Assembly: GCA_041937175.2 (NCBI GenBank)
Contig: CP166615.1
Span: 1,504,001 to 1,568,000, forward strand
Reading direction: 5' to 3'
From: Limnothrix sp. BL-A-16
Lineage (GTDB): Bacteria > Cyanobacteriota > Cyanobacteriia > CACIAM-69d
Length of the DNA: 64,000 nucleotides
A model generated the notes under the pieces. It was not told where the DNA came from, ran no database searches, and was given only the letters and a program-made list of their open reading frames with translations. Made by a program: the position numbers and the translations under genes. Of this stretch, positions 60,439 to 64,000 are shown piece after piece. The first letter of the stretch is position 1; each line of letters opens with the position of its first letter.

Positions 60439-62141
60439 ACCCCCACCCCTCACGTTGGCTGAATCGCCTGCAAACCACCCAACGATCGCTCAAAATTCAG
60501 CTCGATCGCTGGCTCGATCGGCTCGGAAACTGGAATCCCCAACTGCTGCGAGAACTGAAAGGCAACTGCACCTCGCGCAACTTGACCTTAGCCACCCTTA
60601 GCTCCCTGATTGCCCAAGCAACCTTTTGGATGTGCTGGCAAAGGATCGCCGTTGAAACCGCCACCGTTGCCACCGAAACCGAAGGCATCCTGCGGTTTTA
60701 TTGCACTGGCGAGGCCGATGAAGAACTGCGAGCTTGTGAATTGCTGTCATCCTCAACCTTTGCGGTGAATTGGCCCATATGGTGGCTGGACTTGTTCTTT
60801 TGGCTGTCTTCAATTTTGGTGGGCCTGTTGGTTTTGGGTGGCACTCAGGCCCTCATCGCCAACTGGCTTGAAGAAACCAAACAGGGAACCCTTGACTTCA
60901 TCCGCATGACCCCGGAACCCAGCCATCGAGTTTTGTTGGGAAAACTGTTGGGTGCGCCGGCCCTGATTCATTGGGCAGTGCTGCTGGCCTTGCCCCTACA
61001 TACCCTAGTTGGCCTGCAAGCGGGCCTTGGTGTTAGCGGCCTGTTGCTGGTGGATGGCACAGCGGTGGCTTTTCTAGGCGCGCTTTATCTGTTGGGGTTG
61101 TCTTATGCCAGCGTCAGCGACAGCAGACAAGCCCTATCCGCTTGGGCCTTTGGCATTTTGGGCCTCTTCCTGTTTGCCCCCGTCCTGACGATCGCCCGAG
61201 GGGTGATGATCCGAGGCACGATGGACACCCCTGTATCCCCTTCCTGGGTGTGGTTTGGTCAAGATTTGATCGTCCAGCCGCAGCTTTGCGCCGCCATCGC
61301 GATCGCTGGGTTTGCGGGGGTGGCCCTGGCTTTTTGGCAAGCCGTGACCCGACGGTTTCAGAACCCCGCTAACACCTGCATCACCAAAGTGCAAAGCTAT
61401 TGGCTGACGATCGGGTTCAACCTGTTGGCTATGGGGTTTTTTGTGCCCTGGCATCCAACCCAATTCAAAGCTTGGGCGGTGGTGGGCTTCTTTTGGCTGA
61501 TTCAAATGTTCGCTTGGGTGGTGTTGCTGTTGCCCCCGCGCCAAACCCTGTTGGACTGGGCCCGCTATCGCCATCTTCAAAAAAACCGAGACGCGCGATC
61601 GAACCAACGGGCGATCGATGACTGGCTGTGGGGAGAAAACAGCCCGCCCCTGTTGGCCTTGCTGGTAAACGGTGGGCTAACGATCGCCCTTTGGTCGCCT
61701 TGGGCCCTGGCCTTTGGTTTCAACAGCTCCACCCAAGGCCTGTTGGTGTTGGTGGCGATCGGCTGTACCACGGGTTTAGTGCTGCTCTATGGAGCGCTGG
61801 CCCAGTGGGCCCTGCTGTGGCGGGTGCGCCAACCGGTCGCCTGGGCCACGGGATTGGTGGGAGCGGCGATCATCGGTTCGCTCGTGCTGGGTCTGATCAT
61901 GCGATCGCGCGATGCGATCGGGTGGACCAATGCTTGGGACTGGGTTTGGCTCATGACCCCTGTGGCCCCGATGCTGATGGGCATCATTTCTGATCCGCTT
62001 TCCCTGAGCATGGCGGGAGTGGCCTTTGCGATCAACGGTGTGGCGGCCGTGGGGATCAGTTATGTGGCCCTGAACCAGCTCGATCGGCTGGGGCGATCGG
62101 AGTCGGCGGCGTTGATTCAGGGCGATCGCCCCCAAGTCTAG
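60435..62141 (+). CDS. ABC transporter permease-like membrane protein
   Basis: ATGA overlap with the ATPase; NPQLLRELK, EETKQGTLDFIRMTP, GKLLG; many TM helices. Confidence 0.82.
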   Translation: MNPHPSRWLNRLQTTQRSLKIQLDRWLDRLGNWNPQLLRELKGNCTSRNLTLATLSSLIAQATFWMCWQRIAVETATVATETEGILRFYCTGEADEELRACELLSSSTFAVNWPIWWLDLFFWLSSILVGLLVLGGTQALIANWLEETKQGTLDFIRMTPEPSHRVLLGKLLGAPALIHWAVLLALPLHTLVGLQAGLGVSGLLLVDGTAVAFLGALYLLGLSYASVSDSRQALSAWAFGILGLFLFAPVLTIARGVMIRGTMDTPVSPSWVWFGQDLIVQPQLCAAIAIAGFAGVALAFWQAVTRRFQNPANTCITKVQSYWLTIGFNLLAMGFFVPWHPTQFKAWAVVGFFWLIQMFAWVVLLLPPRQTLLDWARYRHLQKNRDARSNQRAIDDWLWGENSPPLLALLVNGGLTIALWSPWALAFGFNSSTQGLLVLVAIGCTTGLVLLYGALAQWALLWRVRQPVAWATGLVGAAIIGSLVLGLIMRSRDAIGWTNAWDWVWLMTPVAPMLMGIISDPLSLSMAGVAFAINGVAAVGISYVALNQLDRLGRSESAALIQGDRPQV

Positions 62142-62231
62142 GAATTCAATAGGAACGCTATAGGAATTCAACCCGCATGATTCATCAACAACTCAAGCGG
62201 GTTCCATCCATTTTTTCACTCAGGCCAAATC

Positions 62232-62963
62232 ATGAAATATTTTGTACCGAACCTCAAGCTCAGTGCCGATCTACCGCCTCAAAATCAGTTAGAAGATAAG
62301 CTGGGGGGACTCCCTTGGGGCCTGCCGCCAGACCAGTATCCAATCTGTAGTCATTGCGGAAAAAGTCAGTCCCTTTTGGCACAACTCATTCACCACCCAG
62401 AGCGACTAGATTTGGGGCGATCGGGTCGTGTGCTGCTCGTTTTTCAATGCAATCACGATCCGGGCACATGCCCCACCTGGGAAGGGGGATCAGGAGCCAA
62501 CGCCTGTTTAATTCTGGATCCGGAAGTATTGTCCGATCGGCTCGTGCCCATGCCGGCCGACTCACCGCCGCTAGAGTTGGAAGCCCGAATTACGACCTGG
62601 ATTCCCAAAAAAGATGCGGTGACCAAGAATCAAAAACCAGCATTTTTTGATGATGATCAATATTGGGACTTGCCCGATGCTGCCACCGACAGCGTTGGTT
62701 TTATGACCAAGTTAGGCAGCGTTCCGGCATGGTTGCAAAGCCCGAGTGAAGCCCCAGGGGAAGGCTGGGTTTTTGTGGGTCAACTCAGTGATTCATACCA
62801 ATTTTTAGAGCAGCCCACTAGTCCAATCGATATTTTTTGGGATGAATCAGAAAATACTTGGATTTGCGAGGGGCCGAACTTTGGTGATGGTGGCATTGGC
62901 TATATTTTTCTGCGATTTGGTGCGGATCAACCTGAAGGTTGGTTCTTTTGGCAATGTGGTTGA
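62232..62963 (+). CDS. YwqG/DUF1963-like protein
   Basis: KLGGLP, CSHC..LLAQL, KLGSVPAWLQ, NFGDGGIGYIF. Confidence 0.65.
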   Translation: MKYFVPNLKLSADLPPQNQLEDKLGGLPWGLPPDQYPICSHCGKSQSLLAQLIHHPERLDLGRSGRVLLVFQCNHDPGTCPTWEGGSGANACLILDPEVLSDRLVPMPADSPPLELEARITTWIPKKDAVTKNQKPAFFDDDQYWDLPDAATDSVGFMTKLGSVPAWLQSPSEAPGEGWVFVGQLSDSYQFLEQPTSPIDIFWDESENTWICEGPNFGDGGIGYIFLRFGADQPEGWFFWQCG

Positions 62964-63016
62964 GGGTGGGTCGCAGAAAATAGCCTTGATCTTGCTGAAT
63001 CAGTTAGCGTTCTGAC

Positions 63017-63607
63017 TCATGCTGAAGAGTCGGCGGCTGGGGTGAGGTTGAGACCGCGATAGATCTGTTCGATCGGGAATTGCAAATCAATGCTTTTCAG
63101 GGCGATCGTGTCACCGGCTTGATAGTTCAAAATCAGCCAATCGCCTGCTTCATTCTTGTGGTACAAATCTACGGCGATGCTGGTGGAACTGACTAATAGA
63201 TAGTCGATCAGCATGGGGTTTTGGCGATAGCGGCGGAATTTTTGACCGCGATCGTAGGCTTCGGTGCTTTCGGATAGCACTTCGACAATTAGGCAGGGAT
63301 AGGTGATGTATTGGCTGCTGGTTTTGTCGCGATCGTCGCAACTGACGCTGGCATCGGGATAGGTGTAATCTTTGCTTCCCAGGATATTCACCCTAACGTC
63401 AGAGTTACCGGTGATACACTTGCGATCGCCCAAATGGACATCAAACAAACCAGTTAACCGAATGGCAATGCGACCATGGTTAACACTGCCACCGCCCATG
63501 GCATAGACTTGACCATCAATCAGCTCATATTTTTCGAGTTGCTGTTCTTCCCAAAGGAAATATTCTTCTGGCGTAAAGAAGTGATGGTTATCTCTGGCGG
63601 CAATCAT
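63017..63607 (-). CDS. Uma2 family putative endonuclease
   Basis: YELIDGQVYAMGGGS..H, YPDASVSC, IVEVLSESTEAYDRGQKF..Y. Confidence 0.92.
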   Translation of the reverse strand: MIAARDNHHFFTPEEYFLWEEQQLEKYELIDGQVYAMGGGSVNHGRIAIRLTGLFDVHLGDRKCITGNSDVRVNILGSKDYTYPDASVSCDDRDKTSSQYITYPCLIVEVLSESTEAYDRGQKFRRYRQNPMLIDYLLVSSTSIAVDLYHKNEAGDWLILNYQAGDTIALKSIDLQFPIEQIYRGLNLTPAADSSA

Positions 63608-63677
63608 AACTTACCCCTTACCAATCAGGCTAAAAATTCTGAAGAAAAGCCATCTTCTAGGTTGATTCTAGAAGTTC

Positions 63678-64000
63678 TTACAATCCGTCTTCCTCTATTT
63701 GTAAGTCGCGCAAAGAGTACCTTCTTTCAGGTGATTTGTCAGACCTTTCAATGACTTCTGCAATTACAGGACGATTAACCATTGGCCCAACTCGGTCATC
63801 AATTTCATCTCCAGCACCATATATTTTCTGCGACTTTCCATCAATACTGATTTCAATCCAGTCGTCGTCCAAATGTAGATTGCGCAGAACTCCTTTGAGA
63901 GTTGTAATTCTAGACTCTGGAAGCTCTGAAGGTTGAGGCGCAGATTTATTTAAAGCCTCTTTAATTACTGAACGAGTTTCGGGCAGGAGAACTACAGGAT
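63678..64000 (-). CDS. C-terminal part of a hypothetical protein (starts beyond the window)
   Basis: The frame of the 63678-63872 ORF stays open to the window end (..LKGVLRNLHLDDDWIEI..); AT-rich. Confidence 0.65.
   Translation of the reverse strand, partial: PVVLLPETRSVIKEALNKSAPQPSELPESRITTLKGVLRNLHLDDDWIEISIDGKSQKIYGAGDEIDDRVGPMVNRPVIAEVIERSDKSPERRYSLRDLQIEEDGL

Larger units (their letters stand above)
1..64000. repeat. HIP1 octamer GCGATCGC dispersed through the core genes
   Basis: Very frequent in core genes; visibly scarce in 3030-5800 and 10900-12000. Confidence 0.93.

Overview
Cyanobacterial chromosomal window: the HIP1 octamer GCGATCGC is very frequent and the gene content is typically cyanobacterial. 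It is mostly housekeeping and signalling genes: putA, ribF, mlaD, alr, comM, pgk, lpxD, txlA, cobU, rpmB, cobO, a Cache/HAMP adenylate cyclase, a 5-PAS hybrid histidine kinase, a CHAT-CHASE2 protein, a SPINDLY-type TPR glycosyltransferase and a class D beta-lactamase. Two things stand out. (1) An accessory/defence patch at ~3.0-12.1 kb holds a fused R-M-S restriction-modification gene, a beheaded MNT gene, Uma2, xisH/xisI, GST, alpha-amylase, a broken O-methyltransferase and a sterol desaturase, with direct repeats and gene scars at the junctions. (2) Two families of miniature inverted-repeat elements have different terminal repeats and target duplications (GAGGATGTCTGAAAAG with mostly TNA; GGGCGTGTCGTCA with TA) but share an internal module built on the palindrome CAAGGGGCTTAAGCCCCTTG. 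One family is nested in the palindrome centre of the other, and the palindrome also occurs alone. No rRNA, tRNA, CRISPR array or intact transposase was recognised. Products were assigned by motif recognition only; no database searches were run.
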